Below, piece by piece: positions 22,301-35,709 of a DNA stretch of 64,000 bases. Made by a program: the position numbers and the translations under genes. Origin of the DNA: Lepidodermella squamata (Eukaryota; Animalia; Gastrotricha). Location of the stretch: assembly GCA_047495785.1 (NCBI GenBank), contig JBLDXI010000002.1:1612001-1676000 (forward strand), in the 5' to 3' direction. The notes beneath the pieces are model-generated. The model had not been told where the DNA came from, ran no database searches, and saw nothing but the letters and a program-made list of their open reading frames with translations. Position 1 is the first letter of the stretch; each line of letters starts with the position of its first letter.

Positions 22301-25300
22301 ATCACTGAAAGAGACATCAATCTCATGCTGAAGGATGTCGGCCTGCAAAATAAAGCCTCAATTCCGGTGAAAAATTTATCTGGCGGGATGAAACGGAAAT
22401 TATCGATCGGTATAGCTTTCATCGGGCAGGCTAAATTCGTTATTTTGGACGAGCCAACAGCAGGTGTTGATCCGTATTCTCGACGCTCGATTTGGAACTT
22501 GATCGGAAAATTCAAGTCAGGGCGAACTATCCTACTGTCAACTCACCACATGGACGAAGCTGAGGTTTTATCGGATCGTATTGCTGTAATGGCTAAAGGG
22601 AGATTGATGGCGTATGGCTCGCCTATTTTCATCAAAAAACGATTTTGCGACGGTTATCAACTGATTTGCAATCAAGAACGCGGCGCTCAAAGCCAGATCA
22701 TCGATTTTGTCAAGGAAAATGTTCCCGGTTCCGGTATGGTTTTCGAGTCTAATGAGGAATTGAAATTTCTCCTACCCTACAAAAATGAGAAAAAGCTTCC
22801 CAAATTTTTCGAAAATTTAGAAATCTCGGCTAGTGCAATTGGCGTGAAAAGCTATGACGTTTCCGATTCTTCGTTGGACGATGCCTTCCGGAAAATGGGT
22901 GGTGGCGGAGAATCCGAACCTAACCTTGAATTACCGAAGATGAAATTTACGGAGCAAGGATCAAGTTCATGGCTTCAATTTACCGCGCTAATTGCCAAGC
23001 GTTTCCACTTCGCGAAACGGAATGTCCCAATTTTACTGTCTCAAACCATTTTGCCGACAATTTTTACGATGATGTCAATGTTCATGGCCTTAACTGTTTC
23101 GAATGTTGGCAATGTAGAGCCGATCTTACTGTCGCCAGATCAATATCTCAACGCAACGCAGCACCTCTACATTCCGATTTCGTTTCGGAATTCTGACCTA
23201 AATTCGGACAGTTTCGCGCAATTTTTCAGGCTTAACCGGTCGGGCGTTGTAAATGGGTCATCATCATTGCCGAATTGTTCGTGTTCACCTGATTTATATA
23301 AATCGATCTGTTCTGACGGCTACATTCATCCACCTGTTTATCCTTTACCCTCGAGCAACTTTGCTATTGTTGATTTGGAGAGGAGAAACATGCGCGAGTA
23401 CCTCCTTGGGACTGGATATGAATTCCGCTTGAATCGATACGGAGCTATTTCTTTCGGCGCTGAGATGAATCACGTCCCGGCGGGCTTCGATCACGGTTCG
23501 ACAAAGCGGATAGGTCGATTAGCCACGCGTCATATAGTCAAATATTTCTACGAAAGTAAAGGCTATCATTCGATGCCCGCCTATTTGAACCTGGTCAATA
23601 ACGCGATCCTTCAATCAAATGTCGCGAAAAGGCCTAATCTTGGCAAACCAGAGGATTACAAGATAACCGCTTATAGCCATCCTATTGATGGCACCGATTA
23701 CTGGCAGGAAGGAGAAATTACGCAAGTTTACCTCATTTTTATTCGGATTTTTTCGAATTTTTACCTTCATTATAGCCGCCAAGCTGCTGATATGATGGTT
23801 GCTATCTTCATAATAGCTGGTCTAACATTCGCGACGGCATCAAGCGTTTATTTTCTAGTTTACGAGAACCTAATTTTGGCTAAACACGCCCAGCTTATAA
23901 CCGGAATGAACCCGGCAGCCTATTGGATTTCGAACTTATGTTGGGACATGGCCAACTTTTCAATTCCGGCTTTGATGTGTTTGGTATTTATTTGAATTTT
24001 GGGGATTTTTAGATTTTAAATTGATTTACAGGTAACTATGGTTGTTTTTCAAATTTCCGCCTACGTCTCTGGCGATAACCTACTCGCAATGGGTGCGTTG
24101 TTTTCGCTATCCGGCTGGTCAACTATCACTATGATGTATTCAATCTCGCGAAAATTCGACACCCCAAGCAAAGTGATTTTGTTGAGAAATGCCTCGAACT
24201 TTTTGCCTAATTTTTATCCTATTAGGCCTATGTCATATCTGTGGTCGTTAATTTTCTCATCGGATCAACCTGTTCACTTTCGACTTACCTATTCGACCTA
24301 TACGCTACGGCTGAGTCAACCAAGTTCGCAAATGAAATAATGAAAGTTGCCTTCCTAGCTCTGCCACCATATTGCCTTGGTCGAGGCATTTTCGACGTCG
24401 CGATGAATCACTACAAGAACGAATTGTTCAGCTTATCAGGCCAACACGATCAAATCGTCTCGCCCCTATCTTGGGAAGTCACAATGAAGAATTGTCTAGC
24501 CATGTTCATCGAAGGACTAATCTTTTTCGCAGCCACCCTAGTTCTTGATTTTAAATGGTTCTCTAATTCGAAGAAAAATCAATCTGAAATCGAGAAAGGG
24601 CCTGAAAAGCTTGAAATTGATGGTCTGACGAAATTCTACGGAGATTTCCTTGCCGTGAAAAATCTCAGTGTTGAACTAGCCCCCGGTGATTGTTTCGGCC
24701 TTCTGGGCTTCAACGGAGCTGGGAAGTCGACAACCTTTTCAATGTTATCAGGCCTGTTCAACTCATCGTCGGGGGAAGCTCGATTGGGTGGCGAAAATGT
24801 ATGCAGTCCAAACGGCACTTCGCCTGGGGTTTTTCGCAAAATCGGCTTTTGTCCCCAAACAAACCCGTTATTCGACGAATTAACAGCTCGGGAACATCTC
24901 CAACTCTACGCCAAACTTCGAGGAATTGAAAATGAAGGTGAATTTATTAGCGGTTTGATTTCAAGTAACGGGCTAACTGCCTACGTCGACCAGCCCAGCC
25001 GAACTTATTCAGGTGGAACGAAGCGGAAACTCTCGACAGCAATCGCATTGTTGGGCGATCCGAAGGTCGTGCTACTGGACGAACCAACAACTGGTATGGA
25101 TCCAGTTTCGAAGCGATTCGTCTGGAATCTGGTGATGAAACTCCGCCGAGAGAATCGCATGGTTGTCCTTACTTCTCATTGCATGCTGGAATGCGAGGCG
25201 CTATGCAGCAAAATTGGCGTCTTAGCTACCGGCAAGCTACGCTGCCTTGGTACGACTCAACAACTGAAAAATCGGTTTGGGACTGGCTACAACGTCACTG

Positions 25301-25684
25301 TTCGATTGCCCTCTAATAATCGTGTATCGGTTAAGCTTTTGAAGAGTGAATTCTGCCGAGCTGGAATCGAAGTTGCAACTGGCAGATCAGTCGCGAAACG
25401 CAGTGAAATCGTTGAGTTGGCACTGTTGAATGCCCGGCCTGACTTCGGTCGGATTTTTGGCTTTCTGCTTGAAATAAAATCGAAAGAAATTATCGAAGCG
25501 TTTTCGATCAGCCAGACGGCCTTGGAAACCGTGAGCTATCACTTTTTATTTCCGGCTGTTCCACTTTAATTTTTATTGCCAGGTGTTTCATCATCTAGCC
25601 CATAAATCTCTTTCGAAAAAGCCCGAATACGTTCTCTTGGAGGAATCGATTGACCCGTGGCGAAAAATTGACTCCTGTTATTGA
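19365..25684 (+). CDS. ABCA-subfamily full transporter, multi-exon
   Basis: First exon MTNRFRQIKLLLWKNFLLKRRQP; two NBDs (GHNGAGKST/LSGGMKRKLS/LDEPT and GFNGAGKST/YSGGTKRKLS/LDEPT); last exon 25583-25684. Confidence 0.93.
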
Positions 25685-25947
25685 AAATTTCGGATTTTAA
25701 AGACTGATCTTGATCCCAAGATTTTAATATTTTTTGGCGTCGCATCAATAAAAAATTGGAGCAAATAAATTATTATTTATTGATCAAGTTATTTTTCTCT
25801 TCACATTGTCACCGTCAGCTTCGATTTCATGTCATACAAGAATAATCGAGATGAGAAAACCAGGCTATAGCAGATAGATTATAGGATCATAAATATTTCA
25901 AATTTTAAACACGCAAATAAATAGTTAATTTTAATGAGGTCATTGCT

Positions 25948-27870
25948 TCAGATTTTCACTTGGGGCGACTTGCACATCTTTTCAAACAGTTGAGTTGCGC
26001 CACTTTTAAGAGCCTTAGCAGAACCCTCACAAAACAGTGCCTTGGTTTGATACTCGCCCGAGAATGCAGACACCTTGAGCACTTTCAGCACTGCGAATTC
26101 AGCTCTAAGTAAAACGAAACATTAAATTCATTCGAAATTCGAAATTATAAAAAAAACCAACTTTGATGCTGTCTCCCATTTGACTTCAACGGACTTCAGT
26201 TTCTCGCCCAAATCGACGGGCGAGACGACTAGGAAATCGTAAGTATAGCCAGGATGTACCGCCACAGTTTCGTTGTTGTGAACTGTGTAAAATTGCGGCA
26301 TCGAACCCTTAATTCCGCTCAGCTTGAACAAAAACTTTCCCGAAATTTCGTTCGACATCGCGTCATCGCGAGTAGTTAACTTCACATGGTAATGGTAACC
26401 TGTTAAATATTTCATATATAAGGCGATTTAATGGTATCAAAATTAATTACGGCAGAAGGGTGATTTTGCTCCGGTCATCATTGTGTACATGTTATTGACG
26501 GAACCATCTTTAGGTTTGACAGCGCGATAGCCAGCAGCGTTGCAGTTGTCGCTTTCTTCGCAGTACAAACATTTACCGGTCAAAAATTGCTTCCAGCCCT
26601 CGCAAGAATAGGCCCGCCAGGGGCACGAGCTGCTGACAGTTTCAGTCATAACTTCGTACGATCGCGTATGGGCACAGGCGAGGAAGGAGCGAGCGACGTC
26701 AAACAGGCTTTTATCATCGCGTAACGCTGCTAGCTTGACGCCAGCGGTTGAACAGCCTGGTTGGTCGATACCTCCATTCACGTAGACATCGACGTGGCCA
26801 GACGCTTGCCAAGTTCCGAAGCCGCCGGTCAATTTCAGCGACCTCGCCAATGACCCGGAATCGGTGTGGATCACATCGACGAATTTCGCGTCGGTTTCAT
26901 CAAGTCGGACGAGCGGGTCCAAGTCTTGGAAGTAGAGATCGGCCGGGTCCATGCCAGTAATTCGACCTACAGCTCCATGCAAAGCATGACCAGTGTATCC
27001 CATTAGATGCGCCCCCATACTGTGACCAATCAAGTGGATATTTTCAACATTTAAGCCGGTTTCCTTCGACAGAAATTTGATCATTTTCGCGATTTCAGCC
27101 GCAACGACTCGAGCATTTGCGCAAGCTAAATATGAATTTTAATGAATTTCTTCAAATTTTGCGATATTCTTACATTTGCTGTACAAATCCACTGAACCCT
27201 TGCTCCATTCCACGATAAAAACGTTTGCATCTTCCCGAGCTAGAAACTGAAGCGCCATCGTTTTCAGCCAGTGGCTATCGCCAAAATCCAAATAGCCATG
27301 AGTGATGAACTTGGTTGGGAGAGATCCGTTGAACGAGGTGTGCTTCAAAGCTTCAGCGTCTCCAGCGGCCACCTTAATAGCGTCAAAAGCCGAATTACGA
27401 CGAGTGTATAGGTAAAAGGTCGTTGCGATGTCAGCTGGATTGTTCGGTAGGACAGCGACACGGCCCTTGTTCCACGGGGCTTCGGTGGTGAAACAGCCGA
27501 GATCTCCGTAGCAAACTTCTTCGGCATCGCCTGAGAACACGGAGCTTAAGAGACTGAATCTAACTTTACGGAGGAAATTTTACCCTTGGTTGAGTTTTGA
27601 GTAAGCAGCTCAATCAAATAGTGGTATAACTTCGAGTTACTAGAACCATACGCGCTCTTGTAAGCGTCCAACACCCAAGCTGAGAATAAAGATTTAGAAA
27701 AAAAACTTGAAATTAAACTGAACCAAACCTCTAGTTGATTTCGCTAGATTGTTGACAAAATTAGCAGCGTCATTGTAATAAGAGCTTTTGTGTTCTCCTT
27801 TTTCCTGTTCACAGTGAACTTGGGCAGAGAATAATCCCAGAGCTATAAGAAAAGCGGTGAAATATTTCAT
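25948..27870 (-). CDS. Secreted pancreatic-lipase-related protein with PLAT domain, multi-exon
   Basis: Signal peptide; VCYGDLGCF, FITHGY, GHSMG nucleophile elbow, GMDPA, FVDVIHTD, CAH; PLAT-like C-terminal exons. Confidence 0.92.
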
Positions 27871-28413
27871 TTTTTTCAATTTCAGTTGAATGAGATTTTC
27901 GTAGATCTCAGAATCGGTCCAACCTTTTGCCTCGCGCCAAAATTGAAAGCACGCGACTCAACAGTGTGTAATTACAGGGTATTGACGAATTGACCTAACA
28001 ACAAAAAAGTGTAAAACTGACCTCATGTGACTTGAATGTTGAGTGGCGCAGGACCACCCCTTTTTGCGTGAAAACATCACGACCTCAATGATGAGCTCAA
28101 GTTTCAGCGTTCGATTTATCATTGTTTGATGCGGATTTAGGGCTGAATTTTCGAATATTCGTGTTTCGAGGCTCAAGCAAAAAATCGGCCCAGTCTTGCG
28201 CCCGTCAACATATATATCACATGACTGATCTAGGTTAATACGAATTCCACGAAAAAACATCTTATCATTTAGCGTAAGTTTATTCTTAGGAATTCACTGC
28301 GCCCATTAATAAATAAGGCTTTGAAGCTCTTTCATCAAACAACGAGTAAATCAATGATTTCAACTGTTGTCACATTAATAAAATCACGATAAAGCTATTT
28401 TCGTCCGTATATT

Positions 28414-30175
28414 TTAGCTGGTCGGTGGCTTTTGTACAATTCTTGCCTCGATCATTTCGAACACGCCATGAGGATCCGATTCAGAGTTGATGCGGAACAT
28501 CGTGTTAGATGCATAATACTCGCGAAGTTCGCTAGCAGCTGCTTTCTGAGAAGCGTAGGCGCGGCGAACGACCTCTTCGCGATCGCTAGGCCGCTGGGTC
28601 AGCCGAATAGCAACAGCTAAGGTTCGCGGTGGGTTCAATGCCAGGTGGAACGTTTGCCCGGTAACAGGGTCGACAACTCTTTGAGATACCCGTTCAAGAG
28701 CCTCGTCCAACGGTAGATCCAAGAAAAACACCCTAACATTTCGAATATGTTTATAAACCACTTGACAATTCTTCAGTAAAAAGCTACCGATTAGGCTTGA
28801 ATCCGGCGGAATCCAGTAATTCAGCCTGGTCACGAGTTCTTGGATAGCCTGTGAGAACCCAGCCGCGAGCAACACAATCAGGTTGTCCGAGTCGCTCCTC
28901 GAGCATTTCTGTAACAATTGTGTCAGACACAGAGCCACGTTGCTCGAGACTTCTTTTAGCCGAGACGCCCTTATTTGTTTCGTTCAAAATATGTTCCTTA
29001 ATTATTTGACCCATTGAAACTGAAAAAGACCATTGTTAATAACAGTATTTAAAATGGCCAAGTGTCTTCAAACCATTAACAAGGTTATACTTGGCAGCAA
29101 GCAATGAGGCTTGCAAAGCCTTCCCAGATCCAGGGGGTCCAATGAGAAGAATTCTTGGCTGGAAGGGTGCAAATGATCGCGGCCGGGTTTTTATGATGGC
29201 CATTGCTTGTGAGCAGATGTCGGCAGCAGGTTGATCAGCATCAATGATCTTCACTGCAGCCCCATACGTCGCAGTGACTGCTTCGCCATTTCTGCGATAA
29301 AACAGTAACCGACCAACCATTTCTTCTGCCGTGTAGCCTTTTCCGGCTTCTTTAATACGATTTGCGACTTTGTTATCACTAGGCCATGCAAAAGCTGAAT
29401 GATAAATTTCGCCTGTCACAGGGTCAATCTACCAAATGAGAACGTTTTAAATGAAGAAGCATTAAATAGTGCCGATCTCACCCTCTTGCCCACAGCTCTT
29501 TCAACGCAAACAGCATCAGGCAAATTCAATAGTATACAGTGCCGTGGAAAAATGCCAGCCTTTGAATAAATAGCATTTTATTAATGGCATGTTAAGTAAA
29601 TTCAGCTTACGGCTTGCAACTCAAGCGCTTGCACCCTAGTTTTAGGGAAATCGTCCATAACGTAACCTCTCTTTGCAGCTTCGACGGTTGATGCCTTCGA
29701 TTTGAACATTTGGGCCCACAGCGAATCCGGTATCTCTTCGCCATTCTTTAAATACTGATTTGCTGCAGCTTTCAGTTCTCCAGGTGCTTCAGCAAAAATT
29801 GTTTCTGTGCTAAGATGAAGACAACTCAGCTGCTTAACCAGTTGCTTGGCAAGAGTTCGCTTTCCGCTCGCCGGTGGTCCCAAAATAATTACGCGTGGAG
29901 CTAAAATTGAAATTAAACATAAGCATAAAGTGATCTCGAGAATTACGATCTTACAAGCACTGTCAAGATTCTTCAGGTAATAAACCAAACTGGCTAGGGG
30001 ATCGTCTGGTCTGGCGATCATCAAATGTTCCAGCATCCTCTACAGGTAAATATTGAAGAACAGACATCAATCGACCCAAGTATTGTACCTTTGTAATCTC
30101 GAATAAATCATGATCTTCAGCGTATTTCTGGAATTCCGCCGGTATCTTGAATGGCCGTTGAGTTTGGTCCATCAT
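28414..30175 (-). CDS. AK8: Adenylate kinase 8 (two AK domains), multi-exon
   Basis: N-terminus MDQTQRPFKIPAEFQKYAEDHDLFE..MLEHLMIARPDDP; two P-loops GPPASGK and GPPGSGK; DPVTG lids. Confidence 0.9.
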
Positions 30176-30903
30176 GAATGCGAAACACTTTATCAATGAT
30201 GATAAGGAGAAGTAACAACTGCATCCAGAATCCAAATGGTCAGCGGAGGACTAATCGCCAACAAGCGCGTGCATAGCAACGTCGAAGGACGCATAATATA
30301 TCAAAATTCAAAACATAAATGTTCATGTATTAAATTTTATAAATTATAATTATGTATATTTTTGTTCAAAATCAGTTTGCAGCAAATTTTTGGCACAACA
30401 CTTTTCTTTCCGATTTTCGATTTCACTTTTCAACCGTTGACTGTTGACTGTCCTGCTTATTTTTTTACCTGTCTAAGGCGTAAGGCTACCTTCTTTTGCC
30501 CTTGCCTCTAGCCTCACTCGAACTACATCGAACAAATTGCTGAAGACGTCAATTTCGCATGAGGAAGTGCTTTTCTCCTTGCTCCATCATTCTTGATTTT
30601 TGCCTTTCTTGAAAGAGACTCATCTCTCCTGCCTTTTGCCCGCTGCTTGTGCCAAAAATGTGAACATGGTACGGACAATTCTGGTCGGCGTTTTGAAATT
30701 CGACCTTAAGAAGTATTGAAAATTGCGAGAGGCTTTGTTGTTCTTGGAATTCAGGAAGCTAAGTATTTCTTGCCATTTTTCAAGTGCCGGTCGCAGTAGC
30801 AGCATATAGCATTCCAATTCAATTTTTCTTATAAAAAAAAGCTTGTATTTGTACCTAGGGGTTATTACCATTCTTTTGGATATTGCTAGTATTTTCCGTC
30901 GAA

Positions 30904-31787
30904 ATGGCAGCTAAAAGCAAGATGATCACCCCAATTCCTGGGTTCTGTTTGAAAACAAAAAATGAGGATGGGAAAAAGGTTTTTTTGAATTTCTGCTCTT
31001 CCTCAGAGGTTTGTGTGCTTGCGATGGTTAATGTGGATAGATCTTTATTGGTTCTTCTTAGATGCGTGACCCGCCAGCGTTGGCTGACGAAGAAATCGCA
31101 CTAGCCATCGCTTCTCCCGATCCTCCATCGTTTCGTCTGCCTTTGAGCCTTGGCCCACCTCATGAAGAGCTGGACCACACCGCTCAACCTTGCGTCGCTT
31201 TTGACGTGGCAATCTCACCGAAGTTCATTGATTTAGCGCAATCCCGTCAGCTTATGCTTCAACTTCTGGTGGCAGCCGCTTTGGAAGGATTGGAGGCAAA
31301 GTATGATTTGACACTCTCCAGGGAGTGGACTCTTCTCAAAAACAAAAGTATGTGAAAATATTTTGGCTTTTTTCTCAAGACTCATTAATTTATTGAAATT
31401 CCAGAAGTGCTCGGAACTATTCAGCCACAATGCATTAGAACAACCGAGCAACCTTTGATATCCGAGTTGTCGCCGCAAGTTCCAAATTCAGTCAAAGCTG
31501 ATAAATCGCAGCTGCCATCGGACGCTTTTATTTTGCGCGAGCCATCGACCGGTCCTATAAAGCGACTACTCGTCGTATTTAGATTCACTCATTTAATGTC
31601 GAGTCGCCTGTTACGAATCTCGACAGCGTCGAACCGACTGATTGTCTCTTATCTAACTCACGGCACCGGTGAGGCTACGCTGGCTGACATTGAATTGCCG
31701 TGCTCCGTTGTATCTGAAACTGCGAGTGCACATTTTGTACCTCTTTCAAGACTACTTGTGATATCGTTGTTTCCATCAATCGATTGA
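30904..31787 (+). CDS. PIH1D1: PIH1 domain-containing protein 1 (R2TP subunit), 3 exons
   Basis: ITPIPGFCLKT, KVFLNFC, FRLPLSLGPPHEELD, EGLEAKY; introns ~31009-31061 and ~31348-31404. Confidence 0.88.
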
Positions 31788-31848
31788 ATTGCGACATTCG
31801 TTAAATATTTCTTTCATTTTCCGTAGGATTTGTTATTTAAAGCTTTCA

Positions 31849-32350
31849 ATGAAGTGGTCGCCGAATTCGATATACGCTGTTATAGCGCTTATCGCGGTTT
31901 TCTCGTCAGTTTCCGAGGCTAAGAATTTAACCTGCTATGTATGTAACGTCTACACTGGCGGTGCTGGTGCGATGTGTTACGACGACTACGAAAGATCATG
32001 GAACCGAGGATCTTGCGACTACTGCATGAAAGTATACACTGAGCAGAGGAATCTGTATCACAGAAATCACCCCATTGGTAAATATATTATTTCTTCAGTT
32101 GGTTTTATTTAATTTTATCCCGTAATTAGTTACAACTACAATCAGCCGAATTTGTGCTCAGAAAACCGAGGCTCTTTACAAATATGACACCTGCGAGAGG
32201 CACATTGGAGCTGCAACTTTCAGCATTCGATGCTGGTGCCACACCAATAACTGCAATGCCGCCGAGTCTTCCCTGCAAAAACGAAGCTTTCTTCTGCTGA
32301 TAGCAGGCTCATTACTTCTATTAGCTGCTCCAACGTTGTTGCCATTCTAG
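31849..32350 (+). CDS. GPI-anchored Ly6/three-finger (Quiver/Sleepless-like) protein, 2 exons
   Basis: Signal peptide, LTCYVC...CDYCMK; intron ~32078-32129; exon 2 SRIC...CWCHTNNCN then a hydrophobic GPI-type tail, TAG at 32348-32350. Confidence 0.85.
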
Positions 32351-33001
32351 AAAAATATTGTTGCGTTTTAGCCTTGTTCAAGTAAGCGCGAAAAATATCG
32401 AACTTGAATGATCTCGGTTTTTTCCAACGCATCGTTAGGTCCGATATTTTGTTCGCTCCTCATTCCCAGCTGTTAGTGTATTTTTGCCCCGACTTTTTAT
32501 ATCTAAAGCACTTTTATTTCGTACCCTAAATAATCATTTGGAATTAATTATCTTCAAGTTCTTTTGTAAATCGATGCTTTGCATGAAAAATTTCGAATCC
32601 ATGGTTGTGAATTTTATCATTATTGCAAAAATTGAGTGGGATTTACTCGCGCAGTTGTCCAGCGTGGGTTTATTCGGTTGTGACTAACTCTGCTGCTCCA
32701 TTTTTTAGCCGCCTGAAGATTCGTTTTCTCGTTATCTCTTTACATTTTACGGCTTTATGGAAAAACCATCACATCATCAAAATTGGATGTTATTTATGCC
32801 ATTTTGACGAAGAATGCCACGTTTTTATATAAATAAAAAACCCAATGGAATTTAGCAAATGTGTCGTGTTTATTCATATAGCATGGTATAATAATGATAG
32901 CAATTACGATAATATTAGTTACCAAACTCCTCGGAGATGCGAGGTGCAAGCATTCAGATAGATCAGTCAATATGCGCTTAAAAAATCGGAAACTCCTTTG
33001 G

Positions 33002-35709
33002 TCAGACAGCACCTGTGATAGCGGCGGCGGCAACTGGGGGCGGGATCGTAAGAGGAGGGTTTATAATTTGCATCAGAATTGCATCACTCTTCTCGGGCGT
33101 GTTTTCGTTGGCGGAACTTAGCAGCTCCAAGAACCGAAGTTGAACGCGGAGTTGCAAACACTCCTCGCTTTCTGTCATGATATTTTTCTCAAGCTCTTGG
33201 ATCGCACGCTGTTAAACAGATCGCAATTCATTACTAACCACGTAAATTTCGAAAATCTCACCTCGAGTTTTTCATTTTGGCGCATGAGTACAACTGCCTT
33301 ATGAGTGTTATTAAGGTGGGTGTCTTCATCGCTGGTAGTGCTACCCTCACTATCGTCGCCATCGTCCAGCTCATCGTGAGCGACGAGGGCCATCGATGAG
33401 CCTGCAATAGCTGATGGCATGCTCAAGCCGCCCTCGGATTCGGCCATCGAGTCTGTATCAGGATCTTTGTGGTCCGCAATCACACCAGCTAGTTGCTTGA
33501 TCAGCTGACGCTCGGCTTCCAATTGCCTTTCAGTATCTTGAACTATAAGAGAATTTTTTTTATCGAAAAGTCCAGCTTACAATATTTTGAAACTTACTCA
33601 GATTCTGATATTCAGCTTCCTCGATTTTCAACCATAAATAAGCCAACTGAATACTTCTGCGCTGTTCCAGGAGCTCAGCGGCTTGAACAGCTTCTGGCTC
33701 CTCCTTAGCAGGAGTGACATTATTTTGCGGAGCTTGGACAGGACTCGCAACTTGAACAGGTTTCACCGCCTCCGATGTGATTTTCTCGACAGGAACTTGT
33801 CTAGAAGAAACGGGCGCGGTATTTTCATTAGTTTCCGGTTTAGCAGGTACGACCCGCGGAGGTTGAATAACGGCAGGGGAAGGTTGAGGCTGCTCAGACC
33901 CATTCGAGGCCGGTTGAGGGGCTGGGACCGGCTGAGATTCGGGTTTCGGCGCAGGTGGTTCGTGAACCTCGGGTTCCTTCGCCGGAGTCAGATTCATGGT
34001 TGCATCAGCAGATTGAGTTCCAACATTCTGAGGCTGAGAAAATAGAACGAAATATAAAATTCTAATAAATTGGATTTTGAAATAAACTCACATTCCTAAC
34101 TTTCATTTGCTTTAACAAGCCGAATAAATCTTTCAATTCCGCGTATAATACTCGAGCGTTATCACCGGTTTGCTGTTGCTGTTGCGCTTGGTCAATTTCT
34201 TGTTGCGCCGAGCCATTTCCGTTAGACTGTTGAACTTGCTGCTGAGTTTGCTGTTGCGTCTGTTGAGCAGACCCCTGATCGCTCTTACCAGTCGAATTGG
34301 TTCCACCTGACTGTGAACGGTTATTCTGGCCGGCGGAGATGTCTGACGTTTGAGAATTGTTCTGAGAATTCGCAGAAACTTGGTCATGAGCCGATTTCGG
34401 GGTCGTAGATGTCGAGTCTTGTGCACTGCCAGGTGTGGAAGATAAAATTCCACCGGGCCTGCGTCCAGTTTCAGTGTACTTTTTCAGCTTTTTCAACTAA
34501 AATAAGGGAAATCATAACCATTTTAAATTATATGGTAAAATTGCTATCAAATACCTTTCTTTTCAACTGAGTAACGATTCGTTGTTGCTCCCAACTCTGC
34601 TCAACAGCAGCTTTATCCATCGGACTTGGCTCCCCGCCAAGGTCCGCAGAGGAATTCGCAGCTAGTCGTGCGAGAAGGCCTTCTAAATGCATTTCGCGCC
34701 ACCTTAGATCCTCCTCTACAGCAGCAATCGCGTCGGGAAGGCACAGAACCCATTGTGGGACATAAGGCCGAATAGTAACGCCAGGAAACAATTCATCGAC
34801 GTGTTCGATAAATACAACAAGTAAGCGATGACTCATTTGCAGCGTCGTTTGTAACGAAAGAGCTAAACTCGCAGGTTTAACAGAGGTTATCGAACACAAA
34901 TGACGTAAATGCACGGTAAGCCATGCCAAAACTGTGCGGTTAATCACTGGAAGCTCTGCTAAAAGCTGTTTCAACTCAGGCACGCATCGTTCGGGCCGAG
35001 AATCGGCCGCGTTTTCGAACTGCTGGATTAAACTGGTGGTTAATAATGGGGTAGGTAACATGCGAAGATAAGCTTGAAGTAGGCCAGCTATATCGGCTGG
35101 ATTGCACGAGTCGAGCGAAACTAATTCCCCGCGTTCATAGCTGTCACGAAGTCGATCAACTGCCACCTTATCAGCGGCTCTTTGATACAAACCCTGAAGA
35201 GATTCGAGCTGCGAGGGAGACGCTGCCGATGCCAGACGTTGCTCCAGATAATCGATACACTCACGAACGATAACTGGAAGAGCTGTGTCGTGACAACGTG
35301 GGGCTGATGCTAATGGTTGACCGAAAACGGGTCGGCCCTCGAGAAGTACGACCAAGTCGGCGGGCAACGGCGAAATATTTGGCATCGACATGTCAAGATC
35401 GGGAAAGACATTGTTGCTATTAGGTGTACCTCCAAGAGACGGAACTGTCGAGCTGCGAGGTCGGTCGACAATCGGCTCTTCATTTATTTTCACACTTTTC
35501 TGCTTCTCCTTCTTGCCAGCTGAAGGTAATCGAAATGTCGGTTTTTTGAGCGACGAAGGCTTCGAGGGTCTGCTTCCACGGCTGGAAGTATCACCAGATG
35601 CTCGGTCAGGCGATTTGTCGCCAATCTTGTTGTAGCCCTTTTCTTTTTTATTCTTCTTCTTATCTTTAGATGGTTGCTCCTCGTCGACGGCACCTGATTT
35701 CTTTAACAT
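33002..35709 (-). CDS. RALBP1: RalA-binding protein 1 (RLIP76)-like RhoGAP, multi-exon
   Basis: Lys-rich N-terminus, RhoGAP domain (VFGQPL, PVIVRECIDYL), Ral-binding-like WEQQRIVTQLKRK, C-terminal coiled coil CLQLRVQLRFL. Confidence 0.82.

Noticed and set aside
30400-30871. Possible small minus-strand gene between AK8 and PIH1D1
   Set aside because: No recognisable motif or consistent exon structure in any frame
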